A stretch of 64,000 nt of DNA from an uncultured Oscillospiraceae bacterium. Lineage in GTDB: Bacteria > Bacillota > Clostridia > Oscillospirales > Ruminococcaceae. The DNA is taken from NCBI GenBank assembly GCA_964370165.1, contig CAYJIG010000001.1:32292-96291 (forward strand), written 5' to 3'. The notes beneath the pieces are model-generated. The model was given only the letters and a program-made list of their open reading frames with translations. It ran no database searches and was not told the DNA's origin. Of this stretch, positions 27,504 to 37,781 are shown piece after piece. Every line of letters starts with the position of its first letter. The first letter of the stretch is position 1. The translations under genes and the position numbers were made by a program.

Positions 27504-28517
27504 ATGGCTATTTTAGTGAGTGGAGGCGCGGGGTATATCGGCAGCCATACCTGCATAGAGCTACTTGAAGCGGGTTATGATGTAATAATAGCGGACAATC
27601 TTGTGAACTCCAGTAAAGAAGCCGTAAAAAGGGTGGAAGAAATCACCGGCAAATCTTTGCGGTTTTATGATGTTGATATATGCGATGAGGCAAAGCTGGA
27701 TGATGTGTTTAAAGAAAACACCGATATTGAAGCGGTGATACATTTTGCTGCGCTGAAAGCAGTGGGCGAAAGCGTACAAAAGCCGCTGGAATATTACAGC
27801 AACAACTTGATTAGTACCCTAAACATGCTGAATGTCATGCGAAAATCAGGTGTAAATAATTTTGTGTTTTCTTCCTCGGCTACAGTGTATGGCGAGCCTG
27901 AAAGTGTACCGGTAAACGAGGGGTTTCCCACCAGTGCGATGAACCCTTACGGGCAAACAAAGCTGATGATAGAAAAGATTTTGATGGATTATTGCAAGGC
28001 AGAGCCTAAAATGCAAGTGGCGCTATTGAGGTATTTCAATCCCATCGGTGCACACCCATGCGGACGTATAGGCGAAGATCCCGCAGGTATCCCGAACAAT
28101 TTAGTGCCGTATATTGCCAAAGTAGCGGTGGGCGAGCTTGATTCCGTCAATGTGTTTGGGAACGACTATGACACCCACGACGGCACCGGCGTGAGGGATT
28201 ATATCCATGTGGTGGATTTGGCAAAAGGCCACGTGGCGGCCATGAAAAAGCTGGAAGAAAACAACGGGCTGGACATCTACAATCTTGGCACAGGCCAGGG
28301 ATACAGCGTTTTGGAAGTGATAAAAGCATACGAAAAAGCATGTGGAAAAGAGATACCGTATGTGATATCAAAGCGCAGGCCGGGCGATATTGCCACGGTG
28401 TATGCCGACACAAAAAAAGCAAAAGAAGAACTGGGCTGGCAGGCTGAATACGGCATTGCTGAAATGTGTGCACACAGCTGGAACTGGCAAAGTAAAAACC
28501 CAAAAGGATATGAATAA
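27504..28517 (+). CDS. galE: UDP-glucose 4-epimerase
   Basis: ILVSGGAGYIGSH (GxxGxxG), the YGQTK (YxxxK) catalytic motif and LRYFNPIGAH. Confidence 0.95.
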   Translation: MAILVSGGAGYIGSHTCIELLEAGYDVIIADNLVNSSKEAVKRVEEITGKSLRFYDVDICDEAKLDDVFKENTDIEAVIHFAALKAVGESVQKPLEYYSNNLISTLNMLNVMRKSGVNNFVFSSSATVYGEPESVPVNEGFPTSAMNPYGQTKLMIEKILMDYCKAEPKMQVALLRYFNPIGAHPCGRIGEDPAGIPNNLVPYIAKVAVGELDSVNVFGNDYDTHDGTGVRDYIHVVDLAKGHVAAMKKLEENNGLDIYNLGTGQGYSVLEVIKAYEKACGKEIPYVISKRRPGDIATVYADTKKAKEELGWQAEYGIAEMCAHSWNWQSKNPKGYE

Positions 28518-28541
28518 GTAAAAAGAAAAGGTGGTATCGTT

Positions 28542-29474
28542 ATGAAAAAACCGGTATTGGTGGTACTTGCGGCAGGAATGGGTAGCCGCTATGGTGGACT
28601 GAAACAGATTGACCCCATTGGCCCAAGCGGTGAACTTATTATCGATTACTCGCTATACGACGCAAAAAAAGCAGGCTTCGAAAAAGTGGTGTTTATCATT
28701 AAACATGCCATCGAAAAAGACTTTAAAGAAGCCATAGGCGAGCGCATGGCACAAAACATTGAAGTGGAGTATGCTTTCCAGGAATTGGACATGCTACCAA
28801 GCGGATACAGTGTGCCCGAAGGCCGTGTGAAACCATGGGGAACCACCCACGCAGTGATGGCGGCGGCTGCAAAGATTGATGGTCCGTTTGCGGTAATCAA
28901 CGCAGACGATTATTATGGTCCGCAAGCATATAAGGCTATATATGAATTTTTGACAAAAGAGGCAAAAGAAGACAAAAAAGAACACTATGCTATGGTAGGA
29001 TATCTTATCGAAAACACTGTCACCGATCACGGTACGGTGTCACGTGGTGTATGCATGGCAGATGATAACGGATTTTTGAGTGATATAGTGGAGCGTACTA
29101 AAATCAAGAAAACAGAAAATGGCGCTGCATATACCGAAGATGATGGAAACAGCTGGACAGATTTGCCGCAAGGCACGCTGGTGAGCATGAATTTCTGGGG
29201 TTTTGAAGCAGGGATACTGGAAAAAGCCGAAAGGGATTTTTCGCAGTTTTTAGATGCTGAAATTCCTAAAAATCCCGAAAAATGCGAAAGCCTTCTGCCG
29301 AATTATGTGGGCGAGTTGATTGAAAAAGGCGAGGCCGATGTGAAAGTGCTACAGAGCACAGACATTTGGCAAGGTGTCACATACCAAGAAGACAAGCCGT
29401 CGGTGATGCAAAGCATAAAAGAAAAGCACGATAGTGGAATGTACCCTACACCACTATGGAACAATATGAAATAG
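28542..29474 (+). CDS. Sugar-phosphate nucleotidyltransferase-family protein
   Basis: VVLAAGMGSRYGGLKQ matches the nucleotidyltransferase G-rich loop. 310 aa. Lies immediately downstream of galE. Confidence 0.75.
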   Translation: MKKPVLVVLAAGMGSRYGGLKQIDPIGPSGELIIDYSLYDAKKAGFEKVVFIIKHAIEKDFKEAIGERMAQNIEVEYAFQELDMLPSGYSVPEGRVKPWGTTHAVMAAAAKIDGPFAVINADDYYGPQAYKAIYEFLTKEAKEDKKEHYAMVGYLIENTVTDHGTVSRGVCMADDNGFLSDIVERTKIKKTENGAAYTEDDGNSWTDLPQGTLVSMNFWGFEAGILEKAERDFSQFLDAEIPKNPEKCESLLPNYVGELIEKGEADVKVLQSTDIWQGVTYQEDKPSVMQSIKEKHDSGMYPTPLWNNMK

Positions 29475-29493
29475 ACTTGTGAGGAGATAATTT

Positions 29494-30006
29494 ATGCCGT
29501 TTGTGAAAAAAACAATACAAGAAGTACAAGACAATATGTTTGAAAGAATTGGCACTAGCTGGATGCTGGTCACAGCAGGAACAAAGGAAAATTGTAATAC
29601 AATGACAGCTAGTTGGGGACAGGTGGGCATTTTATGGAACAAGCCGGTATCAACGGCATATGTACGTCCACAGCGCTATACCAAAGAGTTTATGGAAGCG
29701 CAAGACTACTATTCTTTGTCGTTTTTTGAAAAAGGTAAGTTTCGTGAGGAGCTGGCACTGCTGGGAACTAAAAGCGGTCGCGACAGTGACAAAATCACTG
29801 AAACGGGTCTGCATGTAAACGAGTTTGTGGGTGTTCCGGCGTTTGAGGAAGCTAGCTTGGTGCTGATATGCCGTAAATTGTATATACAAGACATGGTGAA
29901 AGAAGGATTTTTGGACAGCAATATCAGTAAAACACACTATCCAGAGCAAGATTACCATCGCATGTATATAGGCGAAATAGAACATACATTTTGCAAAGTT
30001 GATTAG
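29494..30006 (+). CDS. Flavin reductase-like (FMN-binding split-barrel) protein
   Basis: NTMTASWGQVGILWNKPV...VRPQRYT resembles the flavin-reductase-like domain. 170 aa. Confidence 0.75.
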   Translation: MPFVKKTIQEVQDNMFERIGTSWMLVTAGTKENCNTMTASWGQVGILWNKPVSTAYVRPQRYTKEFMEAQDYYSLSFFEKGKFREELALLGTKSGRDSDKITETGLHVNEFVGVPAFEEASLVLICRKLYIQDMVKEGFLDSNISKTHYPEQDYHRMYIGEIEHTFCKVD

Positions 30007-30304
30007 ATATACTAATAAAAATCACAAAGATATCTTATGAAAATCTGTCGATAAAATAATGACCATGCAACAAAGCAACGAAAAACCATAGTTTGCTCTG
30101 TGTAAAATGGTCATTTTTTCCGTATTTGCGTATTTTCACCGTATTTTCTCTGTACAATAACATGTACAAGTTGTATAATATATTGGCACTGTATATCTTT
30201 GTAGTTATAGTGCATTGTGAAATGTAAAAAGTGATGGTGATTGTTTAATATAGCTTTAATACTATGTGTGGGTGATGGCGATGCCCACAAAGGAGGGAAA
30301 GATT

Positions 30305-30652
30305 TTGGTATCATATTACAACACTTTAGGAAAAGTGAGCATGACATCGGGCTATTTTTCAGAACTGGTTGCCACTGTAGTGCAAAGTGGGTTTGGCGTA
30401 GCAGGAATGGCAATGAAGGGTACAAAAGATAACCTAAAAAGTTTATTGAATAAAGATTTTCCTGAAAAAGGTGTGAGTGTCAGGGAAGAAGACGGCCAAC
30501 TTGATATTGAACTGCATATCAAAGTGACGTATGGCCTGAATATCACCGAGGCAGTGCGTAGTGTCACACACAAAGTGCAATACGTGGTGGAGGAAGCTAC
30601 CGGCCTTACAGTGAGAAATATTCGTGTATCTGTAGACGATATCATAGGGTAA
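30305..30652 (+). CDS. Asp23/Gls24-family envelope stress protein (YloU-like)
   Basis: GKVSMTSGYFSELVATVVQSGFGVAGM and a C-terminal VRNIRVSVDDI. GGAGG (30292-30296) lies 8 nt before in-frame TTG 30305. The upstream GTG/ATG candidates (30266-30281) lack an RBS. Confidence 0.8.
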   Translation: MVSYYNTLGKVSMTSGYFSELVATVVQSGFGVAGMAMKGTKDNLKSLLNKDFPEKGVSVREEDGQLDIELHIKVTYGLNITEAVRSVTHKVQYVVEEATGLTVRNIRVSVDDIIG

Positions 30653-30738
30653 ATATTGTAATATAAGCAAGCTAAAATGCAAAAATGTAAGTAGCCGATA
30701 TTATTTATGCATACGGCTATATTTTGGAGTGAATTGAT

Positions 30739-32430
30739 ATGATAGAAGGAAAAAAGCTAAGAGACGCCATTATTTCGGGCGCAAACAACATCCGCAAGTA
30801 TCGTGCGGATGTGGACGAACTGAACGTATTTCCGGTGCCCGATGGTGACACCGGTATCAACATGAGCATGACAGTATCGGCGGCAAAGGATGAGCTTGCC
30901 GGTATGCCGGACAGCTGCACTGTGGCCGAGGCCAGCCATGCGGCGGCTTCTGCCATGCTTCGTGGCGCACGCGGTAACTCGGGTGTTATCACCAGCCTAT
31001 TGTTCCGTGGATTTTCCAAAGCGCTGAAAGGCAAGAAAACAGCAGATGCCGCAGATATTGTGGCGGCGCTGGAGCAAGGCGTGGAAGGCGCATATAAAGC
31101 AGTAATGAAGCCCACCGAGGGCACTATGCTTACAGTGTCTCGTGTGGCCAGCGAAAAAGCGGCACAAAGCGGCGAGAGCGATATGATAAAGCTATGGGAT
31201 ATTATCGTGAAAGAGGCGCGCATAGCCCTAGATGAAACCCCAAACCAGCTGGAAGTATTGAAAAAAGCAGGAGTGGTAGATGCCGGCGGCATGGGTTTTT
31301 GCATTATCTTAGAGGGTATGCAGCAAGTGATTGCAGGTGGCGCTATGGTGGCGGATGATGAGCAAGCAGAGTCTAAACCGAAACCAAAACTGTCTACTGC
31401 AAATGTAGGCAAGGGTGTTTTTACTGACGAGCTAAACCCCGATATCACCAATGCCTATTGCACCGAGTTTTTGGTGAATAAGGAGAATGGGTCCTCGGCT
31501 ACAAAACTGCGTGCATACCTTGAAAGTCACGGAGATTCTGTGGTAGTTGTGGAAGATGATGACATTATCAAATGCCATGTGCACACAGCAGATCCCGGCA
31601 AAATCTTGACAAAAGCTATAGAGTTTGGATATTTGACCAGACTAAAGATTGAAAATATGCACGAGCAGTATGAAGCACGTAAAGCCCAAGGCGCGGCGTT
31701 GGAAAAGCAAGCCGAAGCAGAAAAAATGGACGAAAGTGAAGAGTTTGCCTATGTTGCGCCCGACCCTGAGCGTGCATATGGGTTTGTGTCGGTGGTTGCC
31801 GGTGATGGCCTGCGTGATATCTTCACCGATTTAGGTGTTGATGCCGTTGTCAGTGGCGGTCAAACCATGAATCCGTCTACAGAAGACATTGTGAAAGCGG
31901 TGCAAAGCGTGCCGGCCGGTGCAGTGTATGTATTGCCAAACAACAAAAATATCATCATGGCGGCAGAGCAAGCGGCTAAAATCGCCGACCGTAAAGTGAT
32001 AGTGATTCCAACCCGTACAGTGCCGCAAGGCATGACGGCTATGCTGGCTTTTGATCCGGACGCCGATGTGGAGCAAAATACCATCGAAATGGGTAAAATG
32101 GCGGCAGGTGTGGACACCGGCCTTATCACTTTTGCCGCGCGCAATTCTGAATTTGACGGACGTAAAATTCGCAAAGGCGAGATAATTGGCCTGGCAAACG
32201 GAAAACTGGCAAGCGTGGGCACAGACATAACAAAAACAACATATCGCCTAGCACGTAGCATGTGCAGTAAAAATACCAGTTTTGTAACGCTGATTTACGG
32301 CTCGGACGTAAGCTTGGCAGACGCAGAACGCACATGCGACTTGCTGAAAGAAAAAATTCCGGCAGGTGTGGAAGTGACTCTGTTAAACGGTGGTCAGCCG
32401 GTTTATTACTACATGATATCGCTAGAGTAA
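30739..32430 (+). CDS. DAK2-domain protein YloV
   Basis: VFPVPDGDTGINMSMT and GARGNSGVI (Dak2 motifs) plus a DegV-like C-terminal half. Shows the canonical Asp23-YloV gene pair. Confidence 0.9.
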   Translation: MIEGKKLRDAIISGANNIRKYRADVDELNVFPVPDGDTGINMSMTVSAAKDELAGMPDSCTVAEASHAAASAMLRGARGNSGVITSLLFRGFSKALKGKKTADAADIVAALEQGVEGAYKAVMKPTEGTMLTVSRVASEKAAQSGESDMIKLWDIIVKEARIALDETPNQLEVLKKAGVVDAGGMGFCIILEGMQQVIAGGAMVADDEQAESKPKPKLSTANVGKGVFTDELNPDITNAYCTEFLVNKENGSSATKLRAYLESHGDSVVVVEDDDIIKCHVHTADPGKILTKAIEFGYLTRLKIENMHEQYEARKAQGAALEKQAEAEKMDESEEFAYVAPDPERAYGFVSVVAGDGLRDIFTDLGVDAVVSGGQTMNPSTEDIVKAVQSVPAGAVYVLPNNKNIIMAAEQAAKIADRKVIVIPTRTVPQGMTAMLAFDPDADVEQNTIEMGKMAAGVDTGLITFAARNSEFDGRKIRKGEIIGLANGKLASVGTDITKTTYRLARSMCSKNTSFVTLIYGSDVSLADAERTCDLLKEKIPAGVEVTLLNGGQPVYYYMISLE

Positions 32431-32486
32431 TGTGTGAAATCACATAGCTTAGCGATGTGTACATATGAGATATAGGAGAGAAAACT

Positions 32487-35231
32487 TTGGGTTTTTTGGA
32501 TAAAATATTTGGTAGTTTTTCCGACAAGGAGCTAAAGCGTATACAGCCGGTGGTGGATGAAATCATCGGCATGGAAGAAAAGTTTAAGAAAATGAGTGGT
32601 AGCGAGCTACGCTCAATGACAGAAAAACTGCGCGAGCGTATAAACCAAGGGGAAAGCCTGGACGATGTATTGCCCGAGGCTTTTGCCACTTGTCGTGAAG
32701 CGGCCACACGTGTGCTTGGAATGACGCATTTCCCTGTTCAAATAATGGGCGGCCTTGTGCTACACAAAGGCATGATTGCCGAGATGAAAACCGGTGAAGG
32801 TAAAACATTGGTAGCCACATTACCGGTGTATCTGAACGCGCTAGCTGGAAATGGCGTGCATGTGGTGACGGTGAATGACTACCTCGCAAAACGTGACAGC
32901 GAATGGATGGGTAAAATTTACCGTTACTTAGGCCTGTCTGTAGGCCTTATTGTGCATGGTATCGAGAATAATAAGCGCAGAGAAGCGTATGCGTGCGACA
33001 TAACATACGGCACAAACAACGAGTTTGGGTTTGACTATCTGCGAGATAACATGGTGACGTACAAAGAGCAGATGGTACAGCGAAACCATGCGTATGCCAT
33101 TGTGGACGAGGTGGACTCCATCTTGGTTGACGAGGCGCGTACCCCGCTTATTATTTCGGGTGCCGGCGACAAAAGCACAGATTTGTACAAGCTGGCAGAC
33201 AATTTTGCCAAAACACTGAAAGCTGTGAGGGTGAAGGAAACCGATAGCAAGGTTGACATGGACGAAGATCCGGACATGGATGGCGATTTCATAGTAGATG
33301 AAAAGGCGAAAACCTCTACACTGCTAAAAAGAGGTATTGTCAAAGCCGAGCGCTATTTTGGCGTGGATAATTTATCTGACGCCGACAATATGGAGCTGTC
33401 ACATCACATTAATCAGGCGGTAAAAGCGCGTGGAATAATGCGTAAAGACGTGGATTATGTGGTGCGTGACGGCGAAGTTATCATAGTGGACGAGTTTACC
33501 GGGCGCCTTATGATGGGCCGCAGGTATAATGAGGGCCTGCACCAGGCGATAGAGGCAAAAGAGGGTGTAAAGGTAGAGCGTGAGTCTAAAACTTTGGCCA
33601 CCATCACCTTCCAAAACTATTTCCGTATGTATAAAAAACTGGCCGGAATGACGGGTACTGCAAAGACCGAGGAAGAAGAATTTAACGAAATATACGGCCT
33701 GCAAGTGGTGGAAGTGCCCACAAACAAGCCGATGGCAAGAAAAGATCACGCCGATGCTGTGTATAAAACCGTGAACGGTAAATATAATGCGGTTATAGAG
33801 CAAGTGGTGGAATGTTATGAAAAAGGCCAACCGGTATTGGTTGGTACGATATCTATTGAAAAAAGCGAAATGCTGTCTAAAATGCTGAAAAAACGTGGCG
33901 TGAAGCACAATGTGCTTAATGCAAAACATCACGAAAAAGAAGCACAGATTGTGGCGCAGGCAGGACACCCCGGAGCCGTTACCATTGCTACAAACATGGC
34001 AGGCCGTGGTACGGATATCATGCTTGGCGGTAATGCCGAGTTTATGGCAAAGCAAGAGATGACAAAACGGGAGTTTTCCGAGGAGATGCTAGTGGAGGCC
34101 ACAGGCCACGGAGAAACCGACAACGAAGAAATTTTAAATGCACGCAAAGTGTATAGCGAGCTGTACGCAGAAAAGAAAAAAGGCATTGATGAAGAAGTAG
34201 AAAAAGTGCGTAAGGCGGGCGGGCTTTTCATCATTGGTACCGAGCGTCATGAAAGCAGACGTATCGATAACCAGCTGCGTGGTCGTGCAGGTCGTCAGGG
34301 CGATGATGGCGAGAGCAGATTTTATTTGTCGCTGGAAGATGACCTTATGCGTCTTTTTGGTGGCGAGCGTGTGCAGAGTGTCATGGACACACTGGGCGTG
34401 GACGAAGATGTACCCATTGAAAACAGAATAATCTCAAACTCCATCGAGAGTGCTCAGCGTAAGATAGAAGGTCGAAACTTTGACATGCGTAAAAACGTGT
34501 TGCGCTTTGACGATGTGATGAACAGCCAGCGTGAGATTATTTATGGTCAGCGCAAGCAAGTGCTTAGTGGCGAGGATGTATCCGGCAGTGTAAAAACCAT
34601 GATAAACGACAGTATTACGTCGAATGTATCTGTGTATTGCACGGCGGAAGATGCCGACGAGTGGAACTTTACAGCGCTTAGGGACTATTATCTTGGCTGG
34701 CTGACAAAGGACGAGGATTTCCACTATGACGCAAAACAGCTGGAAAATTTGCAAGTGGCGGATATCACAAAAGAGCTTTGCGACAAAGCAAATGCGATTT
34801 TAGCCGAAAAAGAAGAAAAATATGGCGAAAAACTAATGCGTGAGCTGGAGCGTACAGTGCTTTTGCGAAACGTGGATACGAAGTGGATGAACCATATCGA
34901 CGCAATGGAAGAGCTTCGTCGTGGCATATATCTGCGTAGCTATGCTCAGCGTGATCCGGTGGTGGAATACAGGCTGGAAGGCTTTGACATGTTTGATTCC
35001 ATGGTGGACAGCATAAAAGAAGATACCACAAAAATGTTGATGACGGTGGAAATAAAGCAAGGTGAGGATGCCCCACAGCGTAAACAAGTGGCAAATCCCA
35101 CAGGCATGGGCGGCGCACCTGAAAAAAGAAAACCTGTTCGTAAAGCGGCAGACGCAAAAATAGGCAGAAACGATAGTTGTCCTTGCGGTAGTGGTAAAAA
35201 ATACAAAAAATGTTGTGGTCGTGAGGGGTAA
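32487..35231 (+). CDS. secA: Preprotein translocase ATPase SecA
   Basis: [11 protein letters not shown] Walker [20 protein letters not shown], and the C-terminal zinc motif [17 protein letters not shown] start with RBS AGGAGAG 6 nt upstream. Confidence 0.97.
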   Translation: MGFLDKIFGSFSDKELKRIQPVVDEIIGMEEKFKKMSGSELRSMTEKLRERINQGESLDDVLPEAFATCREAATRVLGMTHFPVQIMGGLVLHKGMIAEMKTGEGKTLVATLPVYLNALAGNGVHVVTVNDYLAKRDSEWMGKIYRYLGLSVGLIVHGIENNKRREAYACDITYGTNNEFGFDYLRDNMVTYKEQMVQRNHAYAIVDEVDSILVDEARTPLIISGAGDKSTDLYKLADNFAKTLKAVRVKETDSKVDMDEDPDMDGDFIVDEKAKTSTLLKRGIVKAERYFGVDNLSDADNMELSHHINQAVKARGIMRKDVDYVVRDGEVIIVDEFTGRLMMGRRYNEGLHQAIEAKEGVKVERESKTLATITFQNYFRMYKKLAGMTGTAKTEEEEFNEIYGLQVVEVPTNKPMARKDHADAVYKTVNGKYNAVIEQVVECYEKGQPVLVGTISIEKSEMLSKMLKKRGVKHNVLNAKHHEKEAQIVAQAGHPGAVTIATNMAGRGTDIMLGGNAEFMAKQEMTKREFSEEMLVEATGHGETDNEEILNARKVYSELYAEKKKGIDEEVEKVRKAGGLFIIGTERHESRRIDNQLRGRAGRQGDDGESRFYLSLEDDLMRLFGGERVQSVMDTLGVDEDVPIENRIISNSIESAQRKIEGRNFDMRKNVLRFDDVMNSQREIIYGQRKQVLSGEDVSGSVKTMINDSITSNVSVYCTAEDADEWNFTALRDYYLGWLTKDEDFHYDAKQLENLQVADITKELCDKANAILAEKEEKYGEKLMRELERTVLLRNVDTKWMNHIDAMEELRRGIYLRSYAQRDPVVEYRLEGFDMFDSMVDSIKEDTTKMLMTVEIKQGEDAPQRKQVANPTGMGGAPEKRKPVRKAADAKIGRNDSCPCGSGKKYKKCCGREG

Positions 35232-35279
35232 ATTCATTGCTCCATAGATAAAAAATACAATCAGAAATGAGGTATCACT

Positions 35280-36230
35280 ATGGAATATCGGATAGGAATT
35301 GACTTGGGCGGAACCAATATAAAAGCAGGCGTGGTGGACGGAAACGGTGTGCTTATTGGTAAAAAAAGTGGCAGCACTGACCCATATAATCGTACATGGC
35401 AAGATGTGGCGGCCGATATGGCAAACCTGGTAAAGCAGGTGCTTTCTGAAAATGATATCGAGCTTAAAGATTGCGCTAGCCTAGGCATAGCAAGCCCGGG
35501 AATGATAGACACAGACAATGGCGTGGTGGTGTTTGCCGGGAACTTTAACTGGGTGGACGTGCCACTGCTTTCTGAAATGCGCAGTCATTTCCCGGCAAAT
35601 TTACCGATGCAACTTGCAAACGATGCCGATGTGGCTGTGTTTGGTGAAGTGGTGAACGGCGCGGCCAAGGATGCAAGCCATGTGGTGATGTTCACACTTG
35701 GTACAGGTGTCGGAAGCGGCGTGGTTATAGATTCTCGCCCACAAGGTGGCGGAGCAGGCCGTATGGAGTTTGGCCATAGCGTGATGGCAATCGACGGGGA
35801 AGAGTGTCCTTGTGGCGAAAAAGGCTGTATTGAAGCGTATGCTTCGGCCACTGCATTGATACGAGACGCGAAACGTGCCGCCGAAAAGGATAAAAACTCG
35901 GCGATGTGGCGCCTGTGTGACGGGGACTTAAATAACATGAACGGAAGAATACCGTTTATGGCCGCAAACGAAGGTGATGCCGCCGCAAAAACTGTGGTGG
36001 ATAACTATGTGAAGTATGTAGGAATAACAGTGGTGAACGCTGTGAACATTTGGCGGCCCGACATGGTGCTTTTGGGTGGCGGCATTGCGAATGAAGGCGA
36101 GGCATTTATTTCAGCAGTTAGGGAATATGTGCGTGCTCATATTTTCGCCGGTGACAGGAGCAAAATGCCAAAAGTGGATCGTGCTGGGCTGGGTAATGAC
36201 GCCGGTATATATGGTGCGGCCGCATTATAA
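35280..36230 (+). CDS. ROK-family glucokinase
   Basis: IGIDLGGTNIKAGVVD and the ROK zinc motif CPCGEKGCIEAY. Confidence 0.85.
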   Translation: MEYRIGIDLGGTNIKAGVVDGNGVLIGKKSGSTDPYNRTWQDVAADMANLVKQVLSENDIELKDCASLGIASPGMIDTDNGVVVFAGNFNWVDVPLLSEMRSHFPANLPMQLANDADVAVFGEVVNGAAKDASHVVMFTLGTGVGSGVVIDSRPQGGGAGRMEFGHSVMAIDGEECPCGEKGCIEAYASATALIRDAKRAAEKDKNSAMWRLCDGDLNNMNGRIPFMAANEGDAAAKTVVDNYVKYVGITVVNAVNIWRPDMVLLGGGIANEGEAFISAVREYVRAHIFAGDRSKMPKVDRAGLGNDAGIYGAAAL

Positions 36231-36243
36231 AGCAATATAAAAA

Positions 36244-36280
36244 TATACCCCGCCGATGGTGGGGTATATTAATAATATTT
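36244..36280 (+). terminator. Possible weak terminator after the ROK kinase gene
   Basis: TATACCCC (36244-36251) pairs with GGGGTATA (36261-36268). The following T-tract is weak and interrupted. Confidence 0.4.
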
Positions 36281-36308
36281 ACACTATTTTAGCGCAAGGA
36301 GATAGAAA

Positions 36309-37685
36309 ATGAAAATGTGGGCGGGGCGCTTTAGTAAGGAACTTGATAAGGATATCAATGACTTTAACTCATCGATTTCATTTGACTGGGTGATGTTTCG
36401 CGAAGATATTAAAGGCAGTATTGCGCATGCACACATGCTGTGTAAAAGTGGGATACTGACTGAAAAAGACTATACCGATATCAAGGTGGCGTTGCAGGAA
36501 ATTGAAAAAGATATAGAAAATGGAACGCTGTTAATTGATGATACAGCGGAAGATATCCATATGTTTGTGGAGCAAGAGCTGACTGCTAGAATAGGTGATG
36601 CAGGAAAACGCCTACACACAGCACGTAGCAGGAATGACCAAGTGGCTACCGATTTGCGCCTGTATTTGCGCAAAAAATCAAGCGAGCTGATGGACGAGAC
36701 AAAAGCTTTGGCAACAACGCTTGTGAATCTATCCCAGCAGCATATAGATACCGTTATGCCGGGATATACCCATTTGCAGGTGGCTCAGCCTATAACGTTT
36801 GCACATCATTTGATGGCATATGCGCAGATGTTGCGCAGAGACTATGAACGGCTACAAGACGCGAAAAATCGAATGAACCAAAGCCCACTGGGTGCGGGTG
36901 CGCTGGCCGGGACCACATATCCTATAGATAGAAGCCTCACAGCGGCCGAGCTGGGATTTGATGGTGTTTGCGCAAATAGTTTGGATGCTGTGTCGGACAG
37001 GGATTTTTGTATCGAGATTGCGGCGGCACTGAGCATATTGATGACACATTTGTCGAGGCTATCGGAAGAAATCATTTTGTGGTGTAGTAGCGAATTTTCC
37101 TTTGTAGAGCTGGATGATGCGTTTGCTACAGGCTCGTCCATCATGCCGCAAAAGAAAAACCCCGATATCACAGAGCTGGTACGTGGGAAAACTGCCCGTG
37201 TGTATGGCGATTTAACGACGCTGTTATCCATGATGAAAAACTTGCCATTGGCGTATAACAAAGATATGCAAGAGGATAAACCGGCGGTGTTTGACGCGGT
37301 GGATACAGTTTTATTGTGTCTAAAAGCGATGCGGCCAATGATAGAAACCATGAACGTGAAAAAGGAAAACATGAAAAAAGCAGCGGCGAAAGGATTTATC
37401 AACGCCACTGATTGTGCAGATTATTTGGTGAAAAAAGGCATGCCGTTTAGGGATGCGTATAAAATCACAGGCCAGCTGGTGGCGATGTGTGTGGCAGAAA
37501 ATGAAACCCTTGAAAGCCTGCCGCTATCAGAATATAAAAAAGCTAGCGATTTGTTTTGCGAGGATGTGCACACGACTATAGATTTGGCCACGTGTATATC
37601 TGAACGCAGTAGTGAAGGTGGACCTTCACCAAAAGCAGTGAGAAAACAAATTGATGAGTATAAAAAAGTAATGCAGATAAAATAA
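36309..37685 (+). CDS. argH: Argininosuccinate lyase
   Basis: MWAGRFSK N-terminus, TARSRNDQVATD, and the fumarate-lyase signature GSSIMPQKKNPD. Confidence 0.95.
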   Translation: MKMWAGRFSKELDKDINDFNSSISFDWVMFREDIKGSIAHAHMLCKSGILTEKDYTDIKVALQEIEKDIENGTLLIDDTAEDIHMFVEQELTARIGDAGKRLHTARSRNDQVATDLRLYLRKKSSELMDETKALATTLVNLSQQHIDTVMPGYTHLQVAQPITFAHHLMAYAQMLRRDYERLQDAKNRMNQSPLGAGALAGTTYPIDRSLTAAELGFDGVCANSLDAVSDRDFCIEIAAALSILMTHLSRLSEEIILWCSSEFSFVELDDAFATGSSIMPQKKNPDITELVRGKTARVYGDLTTLLSMMKNLPLAYNKDMQEDKPAVFDAVDTVLLCLKAMRPMIETMNVKKENMKKAAAKGFINATDCADYLVKKGMPFRDAYKITGQLVAMCVAENETLESLPLSEYKKASDLFCEDVHTTIDLATCISERSSEGGPSPKAVRKQIDEYKKVMQIK

Positions 37686-37718
37686 ACTTGTTTACGCCGA
37701 TATTTTGCGATGAATAAA

Positions 37719-37761
37719 CAAAAAACCGAGTGGCTATGTTTTAGCACACTCGGTTTTTTTA
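37719..37761. terminator. Bidirectional terminator between convergent argH and a GH13 gene
   Basis: CCGAGTG (37726-37732) pairs with CACTCGG (37747-37753), flanked by an A-run and a 7-nt T-run. Confidence 0.85.
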
Positions 37762-37781
37762 TGTTTTAGTGATGAAACAGC

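Noticed and set aside
30717-31451. 244-aa minus-strand ORF
   Set aside because: It is fully antisense to the well-supported DAK2/YloV gene and has an Ala/Ser/Pro-rich composition typical of antisense frames.
33399-34055. 218-aa minus-strand ORF inside secA (and similar ORFs at 34833..35402 and 8182..8790)
   Set aside because: They are antisense shadows of strongly supported genes (secA, the Rpe-like epimerase).
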